NCBI RefSeq assembly: GCF_009914755.1
Contig: NC_060947.1
Direction: 5' to 3' (one strand)
Length of the DNA: 64,000 nt
Source: the human T2T-CHM13v2.0 reference genome, Homo sapiens
The position numbers were made by a program, and so were the translations under genes. The notes under the pieces were generated by a model. The model was given only the letters and a program-made list of their open reading frames with translations. It was not told where the DNA came from and made no database searches. Of this stretch, positions 29,811 to 44,596 are shown piece after piece (within the stretch, counting starts at the first letter, position 1; the number at the start of each line of letters is the position of its first letter).

Positions 29811-32643
29811 ATTGCTGTTAGGGGAAAGAAAGAAGATAATACCCAGAAATATTCAAGACAGAATTTCAGATTTTCAAAACATGTTCATATGACCCTCGAC
29901 ACTTTTTGTTCTGATCATTACCCAGGGAGAAGCTGAAAGAAAATGATCCCTTTCTGGGGTCAGGCATATTCATGACCAAACTGCCTTACTAAGGTTTGCG
30001 GACCAGGAGGAGGCAAGGGAGGTAGACTCTGAAGTCCTTTTGAGTCAGTTTTTGAGGAGGCTTTTCCAGTGCTTAATAATACCAGATGCCTGTGGACAGT
30101 AGAGAATATGGAAGTCTGTCGAATACCTTGACATCAGCCCATTGTCACATGGATTTTGCAATAAAAGGTACACCATTTTCAGGCTGCGAATAGTCCAGAA
30201 AACTGAAAATAGCCACAATTATGAGGCCAGAGCTGGCTGAGCAGATTGAAACAGCACCACTTTTACCTGAGGAGACGTCAACAGTGGTGCAACCTCAGTG
30301 AAAGCTCTTAGAATGGGCTTAAGGAATGATGCCATCAATTTGCCAGGAGTGAGTGGGGCCACACGTCATGTGATGTGACCTTTCTTATCACAATGGGTAA
30401 TCTTTTAGAAGGAGTCAGAAGTTTGGCATGCAGTGGTAGCTTCTGCATCAGAAACTTAAGAATCTTGTAATTTGTGCCCAGTCTGTGACAATGGATGCAT
30501 TGCCATCACCAATGGATGATGGATCCAGGCAGCAGTGACTGTAGTATGAATAGTATGGAATCAGCAGCTTGATTTCACTCAGTTTCATCAGAGAGCGGAT
30601 CCTTACCATAGGCATCTATGGGGTGACCCAAACCACTCAGCTAGTAGCTACAATTTGTTTCTACAGTCCATGGTTCCAAAAAGAGCTGACTGATCTCAGT
30701 CTGTAGTCTTCCAAGTGGGAGACTGAAAAGCTATGCCATTGGCAATAGCTCAAGAGTTAAGAAATATAAAAGAGAATATTGAGCAGAGTTGCGACAGTGG
30801 CCTTGCATTCTGCCTGCTGAGCAGAGCACCCACATCCATTCTCAGTTCTGCTGAGGTTGAACAGCCACATGGCCCAGTGGAAACCATCAGGTTTCAGCTT
30901 AGCCAGACCATTAGTGGATCAGGTCCAGGCTTTTAGGGGAACCTTTGTGAATTGAGGGCCCCATTAAGCCCAGCAGCCTTGCTCTAGTTGGCAGAGTGAG
31001 AAATAAATTTACCCCCAAAGGGGTAGTTGTCCCATTTTCATGTAAAACCGAGATGCCACTGGGGACAGGCCAGTTATACTCTTGAATATACTATTGGGCC
31101 CTTCCTACCTTGTTAGTCATCAAGTCTGAATCAGCCGACCCCAAAGTGGGAATGTCAGTCAAGCTGGAGAGTCACAAGGCCTCCACTGGTCAGGTGTTCA
31201 GTTTCGACAAGGGCCCAGTAGCAAGCTAATAGCTATCTTTCGTAAGGGGTGTTGCTGGTGACTCTGTAAGGACAATGAAAAATCCAAAACCCAAAGGGCT
31301 CTTCTGGGTGGAGGTTGCCTCCCTTTGTTAGAGATCCCATTAGGCAAAATCACCAGTTACAAACACTAGTAGCTCAACAGGGTCATTTAGGCTTTGGGGA
31401 CCCTGAAGGTAAGGAGCAGAGAATGTGCCACAGCTTGCTGGACAGCATCCTCCACTGCCTGTTGGGTTGGGCCCCGCTCAAAGGACATTGGTTTGCAGTT
31501 TATCCAATATAAAGGATCTAGTAGAATGTCCAAGTGAGGCACATAATGTCTCCCATACCTAAAGCATCCAGAATGGTCTCTTTTGGGGCTTTCTTTTAGG
31601 TGTGATGTTCAAAGAGATGGAGATTTTTCCTTGACTGAAAGAGGGACAGAACATTGTGAATCCACCCAGAGGTCCCAGATGCTTTACTTGATGAGCAGGC
31701 CCCTGAACTTCGTCAGAATTTACCAGCCACCTCTGATGGCAAAGGTGTGCTAATACCACCGTCAGAGCCATTGAGATGGAAGCTTCTGACTTGGCAACCA
31801 AGAAGACTGATCTCTATAGTGAAAATTTTGTACATCAGAGGGTAGAGGTGGTCACACTAAAGCCTAACCTACTCACTGGTGTTAAATGACAGGGTACTCA
31901 TTGCCCCTGGGAGAGTACTGCAAACCTGTGTTGAAGGCCTTTGCCACATGAATGAAAATTGATCTTGGCCCTTGGTGTCAAGACCTGAGATTTTACCCTA
32001 CTTATAAGCTAATAATTGGGCTTGCCACAGTTGCAAGTGTGCTGGCGGAAGTCACCAGATTCCTGAGTCAGTGATAAAAGACCATTACTCAGAGAAAAAG
32101 GCGTAGCCAGCATCAGCTTGGCTGCATGTTGGAGAAAAGATTAAAAATAAAATTCCTGGCAACCCAGGAAATCCTCTCCACAAATATAGAATAGAAAGAA
32201 AAGAGTTTTATTATTGAATATGCACTAAACCACACTGCAGTGTGCATCACAAGAAATCTGCTAATGAAATTGCAAAGACAGAAGGAAATCTCACCCTTGT
32301 ATGTAGCCGGGCAGATTCATGTTCTCAAGATAAATAACTTGTCTCATGTAAGAAGAACTGATAGCACCATTTGCTGTATATTCTTTCATAATTCATCCTA
32401 AGTTTACCTGGTAATTGGAGTGGCCATCTGTGCTAGTTAATTGCCCTTATCCAAAGGCAAAAATCAAACTTCTATATATGACATGCAGGTAGTTACAGAC
32501 TAGAGCCAGGCACCTAGGCTAGACTCCCAGGGTGACAGGGAGATAGCACCTAGGCTAAACTCCCAGGGTGACAGGGAGATAGGATCCTTGATGTTTATAT
32601 ATCAAAGAGATGGCTCCTGAACTCTTAAGAAAAACATTCTTGG

Positions 32644-33111
32644 TACATGCATGCGTGTGTTCATGGCAGCACTATTCACAACAGCAAAAACAAGGAATAA
32701 ACCCAAATGCCCATCAATGATAGACTAGATAAAGAAAATGTGGTACATATACACCATGGAATACTATGCAGCCATAAAAAGGGACAAGATCATGTCCTTT
32801 GCAGGGACATGGATGGAACTGGAAGCCATTATCCTCAGCAAACTAACACAGGAACAGAAAATGAAACACCACATGTTTTCATTTATAAGTGGGAGCTGAA
32901 CAGTGAGAACACATGGACACAGGGAGGGGAACAACACATACTGGAGCCTGTGGGGGGTTAGGGGGAGGCTAAGAGAATCAGAATAAATAGCTAATGCATG
33001 CTGGGCTTAATACCTAGGTGATGGGTTGATAGGTGCAGCAAACCATCATGGCACACATTTCCCTATGTAACAAACCTGCACATCCTGCACAGGTATGCTG
33101 GAACTTAAAAT
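32644..33111 (+). mobile_element. 5'-truncated L1PA (PA13-16-like) in the 3' LTR
   Basis: L1PA 3' UTR; TSD AAAAACATTCTTGG at 32630-32643 and 33112-33125. Confidence 0.88.
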
Positions 33112-35519
33112 AAAAACATTCTTGGATTGTAATACAGGCAGAAGACTTGTTTAGCTTTTAAAAATTCATACACATATCAAAAGAGCAGAGGAAAGATTTA
33201 CAAATACAAGTTTTTTCAGGAAATGCTCTAAGAAAAGGGAAGAGGGAGGAAGGTCTCTTTTCCTTTTGGTAATAAGGAAAATTTAAATGTTTTTTCTCCT
33301 TATGATTTCCCCTTCTTTTATAATAACACTACGGTTTTCTAATTTTCTCTGTCACTCACCATTTCTACCTTTCTTTGGGCAGTTAGACATCTAAAGATCC
33401 AGCAAATCCATAGTAAAATGCAGAGCAAGCAATTATGAAAATTACCATAGGATGAATTTAAAATGTCAGTGCAACATTTGCATTGTGGGAAAATCCTTTA
33501 AGTATGTCTTACCAGTGGTGAATGGTTAAAGCACATTCTTGATTAGCAACGTGCAGAAATTCTCATTTCCTGATATATTACTTTTACAGATTGCTGGTGT
33601 TGTCCGTATTGCTTGTTAAGATGATTGTTTAAGTATTATTTTGTAGTTCTTTAGGAAGTCTTACCCAATCCAAGTCTAAGGAGTAGCTTTCCAGGGACCT
33701 GATATTCTAATTTTTAATTTAGAGTTTTATAACACCCAATAAATTTCTCCTGAGTTCCTGTCAATCAATAAGTAACACCACATTTATAAAACGTAGCCCT
33801 GTAGTACTTGTTCCATCTTCTCAAATAATATGTCCAAGATGCAGAACACAAAGATACCCCTGGCTATTATCGAGTTTATTATTATGAGGCATTCTTTGAA
33901 GGGTACAGATTGAACTTCCAGTGCTTAATGTGCTTGGCTCTAATTGTTTTAAGTCTTGAGGAAAACCCCAATCTGTGGGTCATTGCTTGCATTAGTCTAA
34001 ATCAATAGTAACACCAGGCATGTCAGTCCCCATGAGTAACAGGCATCCACCTGTGTTTATCTGTCCCAGTTTATCTCTGGGACTGGAGAGAATCTGCATC
34101 CTAAATTAATCCAATGACATTAAACCTGTTTTCTTCAGTCTCTATCTGTGACTGCCAGATTTGTTTGTCTATTAAGTAGATGCTTTTTTTTATACTATTC
34201 TTCTGTCTCTTCTGGTATAGTCATAGTCTAATGCCTATCTATTTCCTTAAAGATGAACAGCCCTGTGATTCTGAACTAGTGATGGTATCTGGGACTATTT
34301 TATAACCAATTGCCTTGGACTGTGCAAATGAACCTCTGAGACCTTCGTGGTGATTTTTGGTTCCGTCATTAAATTACTCCAAATAGTTCAATTCTATACT
34401 GTTTTCCATTTCCACTCCTATTGAGCTCCCCTTGCTTTAAAATATCTTACATGATGTGATTCATCCAGTTTGTGATTGTATTATGTGCTTTTGTAGTTGT
34501 CCCAAAGCACTATGTTTATTATTCAAAGTCTCAATCTCAAAAGAGTTAGGTATATCTGTACCTGTCCCTATTCCTCCCAGGACTGTATTCTAATAAGTCT
34601 CCTTTTGCCCTTGGCTGTCCCCGAACAGGCCTGTTAATAAATTTTATATTGGGAAGGCTCAAGGGATACATGTCTAGCTGTGAAGACTGACAGCAGCCTC
34701 AGACAGTTCAAGAAAAACCATCTACCTATAATCCTGGGGGCTATTAAAATAGGCTCAGGGCATTGCCATGTTCCAAACATAGTGGCGGGGGGGTGGGGGG
34801 GATCTCTCTTATATACATCTTGAGGAGTCTGTTGAAAGGATTCCCACCAGTATGGATGTAATTTACCATCGATGTCTTTACAACTATCAGTAGTTTTATT
34901 GAACCAAACCTCTACCATAGTAAAGGTGAGAGAATAAATCACAAGGCTTACTCCTATAGGTATTTTGATTGTCATATAGTTAACAGATTCCTTTTTTCCC
35001 TCTAAGGATCCTTCCAGTCAAACCAGTTAACAAAACATTTTTGTATCAAATTTAGGGCTTGAGTATCTGGATGCATATAAGTTACTTTAGTATTATCAAA
35101 CATTACTAGTGAAGATGGCTCTGCCTTTACTCTGCCAATAATTTGACTGTTGGACTTAAAAGTCCAGATCATGTGTATTCTGAGGATATAATACGGAGTT
35201 CATCAGGAAAAACAGGACATGGCGTGGGCACAGGACATGGTCTGTGTAATTGTGGAGACCATTACTGGGAGTACAAAAAAAAGCAGCATAACAAATAACA
35301 GATTTGTTTTCTAGTAAAATGAGATTCCTAAGTAATCAAAATAAGCCTATTAAGAACAGGAGAGCAAGGCAGTCTCTGAGGATAGTAGTAATACATTTTC
35401 CAGAATACCTCTTTTCAGTCGAATCTCAATACCAGTGTAAGTTACTTTGGAAAACTTAAGTTTCAAGTCTTTTGTCAGTGCTGGCTTCACAAGGAAAGCA
35501 TGGATCCAACTGTATTTTT

Positions 35520-35846
35520 TGTTTTTTTTTATTTTGTTTTGTTTTGTTTTGTTTTCCCTTTTTTTGAGATGGAGTCTTGCTCTGTTGCCCAGGCTGAAAT
35601 GCAGTGGTGCGATCTCAGCTCACTGCAACCTCCGCCTCCTGGGTTCAAGTGATTCTTGTGCCTCAGCCTCCTGAGTAGCTGGAATTATGGATGTGCACCA
35701 CTGCACCCGGCTAATTTTTGTATTTTTAGTAGAGACAGGGTTTTGTCATGTTGTCCAGGCTGGTCTGAAACTCCTGGACTCAAGTGATTGCCTGCCTCGG
35801 CCTCCCAAAGTGCTGGGATTACAAGACTGAGCCACCACACCTGGCC
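35520..35846 (-). mobile_element. AluS in the provirus integrase region
   Basis: Full Alu flanked by CCAACTG(T/C)ATTTTT. Confidence 0.88.
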
Positions 35847-38800
35847 CAACTGCATTTTTCTTTTACTTTGATAGCAGAGTGGGTGATCACAGCACTTGAA
35901 AAGGTGAGCGACGGCCTGTCTTTTCCCAGGAACACTTTCATGTAGATGAAATCTCCTGGTTGAAAAAGGTGGCAGACTTCTTCCAGCAGGTCCATCCAGA
36001 TCTTTATGACTTTATATCTTAGGGTTCCTAAGGAAGAGAGGAACTCTTCTAAATATTGAATATGATTATAAGAAGATTCAATTAAGTTAGGCACAGGACA
36101 TGGTCTCAGACCCACATCATAGGTCTGCCAAACATAAGTTCAAAGGGAGTGATACCATGCTTGCTAGCAGGGGTTGCTCTAATTTTTAACAAGGCTAGTG
36201 GTAAAGCCATTGGCCATTTTAATTCAGAAAGTCAGTGAATCTTGGCCAATGAGTTTTTTTAGACTTTGATTCATTTGCTCCACTTGTCCAGAGGACTGAA
36301 AATGATTGATAGAGCATATAATAGTTTATAGGATTCTGCAAACATTTGCATAATTCCTGAACAACAGAAAATAAAAGGTCTTACTCTGATTCAATCTGCT
36401 TTTGTATCCCCAAAGTGAGAATTATGTTTATTAAGGAAAACTTTACCACTGCCTGAGCAATGACTTTTGAAGAGGGCAAAACTTCAGGGCATTGATACAC
36501 ACCATAACTAGACAAACATCTCTTACCTTCTGCGGGCATTGATTCTATGAAATCCAGCTGCCACCAGGTTCCTGGTATGTTGATTGGGGAAAACTTCCTG
36601 TGCTTACCTTGGGAGTGGTCTGTGAAGACTTTTGCTGACAAATAGCACATCTCTTTACTATGTTTTGAATAAATTCATCTTTTTGGTAGGCATAGTGAGA
36701 GTCTGAAACCTTTAAAATCCATCTTTTATGTAGCTGATTTTGTTGCTGACACAATACTAACCAAGTAAATAAAGACCAAGGAGTAGGAATTGTACTGTTA
36801 GCTAATTCCCATAGTACAGCCCCCCTTCCTTAATCCATTTGCCCATTTTCTTTTGGAATGCATATTTTTGAAAATAAATGAAAGTTTCTTGTATTAGAAT
36901 TGGGGCTTCTGAGCTGGGTGTCAGCCTTGTGTTAACCGTAGTTTTTACAGCCCTATCAGCAGAATCATTGCCTTTAGAAATTTTGTTTTTCTGCACTATG
37001 TGGTCTCTACAGTGGATTATTTTATCTTACTCAGCAGTTGTGAAGCCTCTCATAACTCGGATATTAATTTTCCATGAGATATTTTAGTTCCCATGAAGTC
37101 AAGAATCCATTTTTTCAAATTTCCCCTATTATATGACAGACACCAAACACATGTTTATTGTCAGTATATAGATTCACTTTAAGTCCTGAACCAAGAGTTG
37201 TAGATCCCTAGTAGCTGCTATTAGCTTGTCTGCTTGTGCTGATTTAATTCCAGGCAAAACATAAGCGTTCAAGATTTCCTGAGCAGTCACCACAGCATAA
37301 GAACCCTGAAGGTGGCCCTTCTCATCCCAGGTATATGCCCCTCAGTAAACCTTATCAAATATGCATTTTGAACGGGAATATCAGAAAAATCAGGTTGCTG
37401 CCTAGTATCTTCTATTACTGTTGTACACTCATGATCATCTATTTGACCAGGATCTGGTAAAAGAGTAGCTGGTTTTTGAAGATTGCATCTTCCAAGCACA
37501 AGATTAGGATTGGGTAATAATGCTGATTCATAATTAATAAGATAGTGCACCGATAAATGCTGGGTCTTATGCACTTGTAAGATAGTTGTCATAGCATGAA
37601 GGGTATGCAGAAGAGTCAGGTGACCCAAGGTAAGGGTTTGAGCCTTTTCACTAAGTGTGGCAGCTATTGCTGCTGCTCGGGGGCATCCAGACATTCCCAA
37701 CAGCATCCAGAAGAACTGGGAAATGAGCTGTCGGTCTATAGCCTAACCCCGCCTTGTGAGTTAAAATTCTACTAGCAGCACTTTTATTTTCATGATAAAA
37801 CAAGTGGAAAGGTTTTAAAAATTTTGGAATCTCCAAAGCTAGGGGAGAGACCATAGCGAATCTTAGTTATTCAAAAGCCTCTTCGGATTCTAGGGACCAA
37901 ATCAGAACATTTGGAGAATTACCATGCAGTTGCTCCATCCGAGGTTTTCTGCTCTTTGCAGAAGCTGGAATCCCCTGCTCTATAGTCCCCTAGCAGTTCC
38001 CAAAATGGTCTCAGTTGTTTTATTGTAGTAGGCCCTTTCATCTGCAAAATTGCAGCCTTTACCTGACAATAGATTCCCTAAATATTTCACTTCAGTTTGG
38101 CAGTATTAGAGTTTGTTTAGTGAGGCCATATGTCCCAGCCAAGCAAGGAATTGTAACAAAGCCAAAGTATCAGTTTTGCATTGTTCTTCAGTTTTAGAGG
38201 CTACCAGCAAATAATCTACATATTGAATAATTACAGATCCCTCCAGTGAGACAGATTTCCCTAAGTTTTCCTGTGAGTGGCTCGAGAAAAAGAGTAGGAG
38301 AGTCCGGAAACCCTTGAGAGACCATTTGCCATAAATATTGAACTTCATCATAAGTAAAACCAAACTAGAATTTAGACTCATTAGCTAGAGGAACAGAAAA
38401 AAAATGCAGAACACAGATAAACTACACAGGAAAAATTTTCAGACAATGGCACTGAAGTCAGAGTAGTTGCAGGCTTAGGAACTAATGGGGTTAATGGAGC
38501 AACAAATGTATTTACTTCCCTAAGGTCTTGTATAAATCTATATAGTGGTTGTCCGTCTTCATCAAATGTACCTTTCTTGACTAGAAGTATGGGACTATTA
38601 CAGGGTGAGTGCCCTTTTAAAATTATTCCTGGTTTTTCTAATTATTTTATACATGGTTTTATTCCTTCTGATTGAGCTCTCAACAAAGGTTATTGTGTTA
38701 TACATGGCCATAGCTTATCTTTTTGGTAAGCTATTTTTATTGATTCGATATCTTGAATTAAACCAGTATCATTATTCTGTGGGGCCCATTGATTTGTTTC

Positions 38801-39462
38801 AGTTTGGGGTACTTTTCCAGCACGGTGTGAGATTGCTACCCTCTGCCATCCCCTTTTCTTTCTAAAGGCACCTAGTAACCAGATCAGGTGCCTTTTCCTC
38901 TAGGCATCTCCACAAGCACTCCATCTGGAGTAGAGAATATGGTAGCCTTTATTTTGCACAGCAAATCTGCAAGGAAGTCTCTCTTCAATAGCTTTACAGG
39001 AGGATCAGGAGAAAGTAAGAAAGCATGTTCGTTATCAGAGGACCTATCTTTATGGGAACTGTGGAGGGAAAGAAACAAGTAGAAGGCTGACCTGAAATGT
39101 CAGCAGCCTGTATTAACCTGTCACCAGACGGCAAGTGAGAAATTTGAGGCAGTTGTAGAATAAGTAGCACCAGTATCTACCAGAAAAGGCAAACATAGGT
39201 TAGCCTGAGGGAAAGTTATTGACACTTGCTGTTCACTAGTTTCCACCCCTGAAACTCCCTCAATCTGCCAGTTTTGAGCCAATTGCCAGTTGTTCCTTAG
39301 TGGAGGGTTTTCTCCGGGGCTTTTCTGATGTCTCTCTGTTCCTGCAATTTCTGCATCCTCTGGGGTCTCTATAATCCCTCTTCCAATGTCCTGGCTTCTT
39401 ACTCTAATGACAGTTTTCTCTTTGTCCTTGGCTCCCTTTGTATATTGTCCAGGGTAGCGTGA

Positions 39463-39818
<356 letters not shown>

Positions 39819-41515
39819 CTTACAGTGGGTTTTAATTGCTTCTCTTCTTCATCTTTCTCTAACTTGTCCCAAAACTAAGTAGCTGCTGCTAAGATTTGAG
39901 TAATAATCCGTCCTTGGCTGAGACAAAGGCAGACAGGACCAGAGAGTGGTTTTGATCTGTCCCTGGATTTGCACTGGTAAATTTTGAGAAAGCCTCAACA
40001 AACTGCTGAGAGGAGTCAACAAGGAACACACTCATCTTCTAGGTTCACTGCTGTAATTTCTGCCAGCTCACTTTTAGCAGAAAGGGGTTCAAGTATGGGC
40101 ATTAGCAACCCTTTTTAATGGGTCCCTAAAGTCCTTGTTCTTCCATGGCCATGGGGGATGGCAGATAGTAGCAGTCTTTTGGCCACTATTCCTCCTATTG
40201 TGACAGGTCATCTTCCAATCCCTAACATGCCTGTTCCATCAAATAAGCACAGCCTGCTGGTTGCAGAATTCCATGCAGGAGCCAGGGTACATCCCCATAT
40301 TCAGGGTTGTAAACTGGAAACACACAGCCAAGTTCTTGTGCAAACTTCTGTGGCTCTTGCCTGGGCACAGGAAAGGAAGTCCTTGTGTGAGTAATACTGG
40401 CTGAGTTGAAGGCATATAGATTCTTACCATTTCAGGTTCCCCTTGTGTAGGTCTGGGGTAGCTTTGTGATGGCATCAGCCTTATTGGTGATGCAGATAGG
40501 AAGGGCTGCTGTCCTCTCATTGAGTCAAGAAAGATGTAGAATTAGATAGCACTTGGGATTCCTTTTCCATATTGGTATATATCAGCCTAACACACCTTTT
40601 TTGTTTGTCTTTTCCAAGTAGCTACTGCAACTGCTGTCCATCTTGTCACCTGCATATGGGGACACAGTCTTGTATCTCAGTTATTCCCTGATGATGTTGC
40701 TTTATTACCTGTGCTTCCCTAGCTATATGGTATGTGGATAATAAAGGACTGTTGGAGGTGCAATCTAGGCTAAGCATGAAATGGAATCAGGGCACACAAA
40801 CCTCACACAGGGCAGATAATTCATTGCTGGTGAAAACAGTTGGGCTTTTGTCCCTCTTTGCAGGGAAACCCCCTAAGGGAACCACCCATCTCAAAGATTA
40901 TGGCTTTCTTCTTACCAGGAATCAATTTGAGGCCACGGGGGTGGGGGTGGGTAGAGATAAAGAGGTCGATGCAAGGGGAACAGAGTGAATGGGGACAGCA
41001 GAGCAAGGAGGAGCAGGAGGGTTTGGTGAAAGAGAAAGTACCTTTCATTCTCCCATTTGCTCTTCTGTTTTCCTCAATCCTTCCAAATAATTTTTAGCTT
41101 TCTTCTTAGAATGACATTCATCCCATAAACATGAGTAATGCATTTGCTTGCAATGAGGTCCTTCTAAGAATCACCACAAATAAGTTAATTCACCCAAATA
41201 AAAGGAATCATCCTCAGGTCACACTATAAGACTGGATTCTCATTACAGATGGATTTCATTCCAAATGTTATGTACAGATATGTTAGCCCTTTAAGAGAAA
41301 GCCCTGCAGGCTTTCCCATATTTTTCTACCATCAAAGCTAGTGGTGATCCTGATGGAGTTATAGGTTCTGCATTACACATGCTTCTCAATCATAAAATCT
41401 GGAATTTGGAAAAGATGATTTGTCTGGCTAGTATTTGAAAATAGCACAGAGCTAGAAGGGAGACATTTTATAATTCACCTTCAGCTGGTCTGCTCGATTC
41501 AGGAACTTCCAGGCC

Positions 41516-41533
41516 ATCCCATCCTCATCAGCA
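41516..41533 (-). promoter_or_regulatory. Primer-binding site complementary to tRNA-Ser(GCU)
   Basis: TGCTGATGAGGATGGGAT vs expected TGGCGACGAGGATGGGAT (15/18; two mismatches are CpG decay), 3 nt from the LTR end. Confidence 0.75.
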
Positions 41534-44500
41534 GATTGCTAGGGGAAAATTAAAAGTAAAATCTGGCAACACAGGAAATCCTGACTACAAATGTAGGGAA
41601 GAAAGAAAACAGTTTTATTATTGAATAAGCATTAAGCCCACTGATTTGCATCACAGGCAATCTGCTAATGAGATTGCAAAGGTAGCAGGAAATCTCACCC
41701 TTTTATATAGCCAAGCAGATACAATCCATTACATACGTGTTCTCATGATAAATGATAACTCATCCTCATGTGAGATGACTTGACAGCACCATTTGTTATA
41801 CATTCTTTTATAGTTCATCCTGTTTACTTGGTAATTGGAGTGGCCACATATGCTAGTTAATTGCCTTTATACAAAGGCAAAAGTCAAACTTCTGTCTCTG
41901 TGATAAGCAGGTAGTTACAACTTAGAGCCTGGTGCCTAGGCTAAACTCCAGGGTTACAGGGAGCTAGGAGATAGGATTCTTGATATCTGTATTCAAAGAG
42001 ATGGCTCATAAGCTCTTAAGAAAAACATTCCTGCATTGTAATGCTGACAAAAAACTTATTTAGCTTTTAAAAAGATTTATGTACATATTGAAGAGAATAT
42101 AAATCTTCTCAAGGAAATGCTCTAGAAAAGGGAAGAAGAGAAAAGGCATCTTTCCCCCTTGGCAACAGTGAAAATTCAACTCTTTTTTAACCTTATAGGC
42201 TAGGGGTTCTCCAAATCCCAATTCCCACAGGGGTGGCTCAGATTGTCCTTGATGAGTGCCTGCACATGCAGTGAGTGAGGTGCACTACAGGAAATGAACA
42301 AGCCCAGGGAACCTGCTACTGAACAGCCGCCTGTAAGCAAGGCTCAAACTTGCTTGATGCAGATATAAGCCTGAGACGTGTCCAGGTCAAGAGCAGTCCG
42401 GGCCTTGCTGTGTAGTCATACCCAGCAAGATGTGTAGGAGCACAAGAGACCCATGGAAGTGTCTTCTACCTCCAGTGGGGTAGAAAAGAAAGCATAGGCA
42501 ATGTCCAACACAGTGTCCTAAGTGTCATTCGCTTGTGCAGTGTATTGTTATAGTCACTATGTTTGAAACAGCCAGGACAATGGGAGAAACAACTGAATTC
42601 AGTTGGTGGGAATCCCCTGTCAGCCTCCAGCTCCTGCTACTCTTTTTCACTGGCCATATAGGGCTGTTGTATTGACATCTTACATATCTCATGATACCTG
42701 CTGCCTTTCTGTCCTTAATTGAAGCTGTGATTGCTCTTTGTCCTCCAGGGATTCTCTCTCTCCTTTTTGTTGGACCACCTGGGAGAGGAAGGGAGATGGA
42801 TTGGGGAGTGGCTTGCATGTCTCACTACCATGTGTCTACATATGGGAGTCCCTGAACAGGAGAATCCCTTTTGGACTGGATGAGCATTCACAGCACAAGC
42901 ATGTAAAACATCATGCCAGTGATACACTCAGCCATGGAAGCCCCAATAACCATACACTGAATTGGCCCAAAGGGCCCTATCCACAAGGTCACTTTAGTTT
43001 ACCTTCCTCACTAATCCCTGCCTAAACCCCATCAGTTGAATTTGGGTGCGCCCCCCCGCACCTTGAGATCAGATAGGATGGTCCCTTGGGCGACTGTATC
43101 CAACCAAGCCTTAGAAGTCTGAGTCCCTCCCTTCCCTGAAGTTCTCCAGCACACTCAGAGGGGCGTGTATGGTGGCCTTTGGTCCCTCTTGGAAACAGGG
43201 AGGCCTCTGTCCCCTCTCTAATAATTTATTAAAAACAGCTGATTTCAGGGTAGAAGGGGACAGAGGGACCAAGCATGTAGTGAGAGAACGCGGTGCCATG
43301 CCAGTAAGCAAGTCTTCCCATTTACTTTCAGTTTCAAGCAATGCAGCAGCTGCTCAGGACTCGACCTAGTGAAACTCTCATGTTTTTAGTATGCCCAGAA
43401 CTCTGTATCGGGCGGCAAGATCAGCCTTACTGACACCATCTGTTTCGACTTTGGGGATGCCTCAGTTCTACAGCCATGGCCACATTGGTTTCTGGTCATG
43501 CCCACTGGTGAACTCAGGCTTTACTAGCACAGTAGCAACTTCTTATTTTTAAGATGTCCATTTTAAGCTGGCACATTTGCTGCTCATTTTCCTGATAGCA
43601 TACCTTAAGTTGTTGCTTAGTTTTAAACATAAAAACGAGGGGAGTTTTCCAGGACAGTGTGAGCTGACCTAAAAAAATCTTGAATTCTTTGGGTCAGTTT
43701 CTCATTTCCTAGCATTATAGATCCAATACGGGGCAGTAAGAGCCCAATGCTAGTCAATGCCTCATCTGTGATTTCCCACAAGAGTTCGTCTCAGGCAGCT
43801 TACCAAGAGGGCTAACTATAGGCCTAATAACAGCAGCCAGGATCTACTGCAAAAAACCTCTGAGACCTTTTCCTGTTGCTTCTGAAGGGCTCTAAGGTTG
43901 GCATGATCGACTGTAGGAGGGGCCGAGCCGTGAACATCCCAGCTGTTGCCATTCTTCCTTAACAAACTTTACATCCCCTCCTGCCTGTCGTGCAACCAGA
44001 CCAGCCAAAGTTCTGACCATTTTCCTGGTTTCTGTGCCTACCAGTCATGAATTTTCCTCTTTTTGTCTTGAGTGTAGATGCTCTTTTCTGTAACTATTGT
44101 CTGCAAAAGGGTTGGGAACTGCACCTCCACCCCTCCCACCAATGATTCTCAATACTGGTTGTTACTAAGGGTAGAAGGGGACAGAGGGACCAGGCATGGA
44201 GTGAGATGGTGCGGCGCCATGCCAGTAAGCAAGTCTTCCCATTTACTTTCAGTTTCAAGCAATGCAGCAGCTGCTCAGGACTCAACCTAGTGAACCTCTC
44301 ATGTTTTCAGTATGCCCAGACCTCTGTATCAGGCATTCCCCTCAATGACATCCCCCGATTGGGGGGAACCTGAGACTGACCATCACATTGGTGAGGAAGT
44401 CCTCCACCTGGATGAGAGTTTGGAATAACTAGGAGACTCTTTAAACCTACTTCCTGGCACTTAGTGTGTAAGAATTTCCCCAGTTCCTCCTCATTGACAA

Positions 44501-44596
44501 GCAATAAAGTGGAGGACCATTTATTGCACAGTTGACCATACAATTTAGTCAACATATTCACTGCTGATTCACCTTAAATCCTCTTAATTGCCCCAT

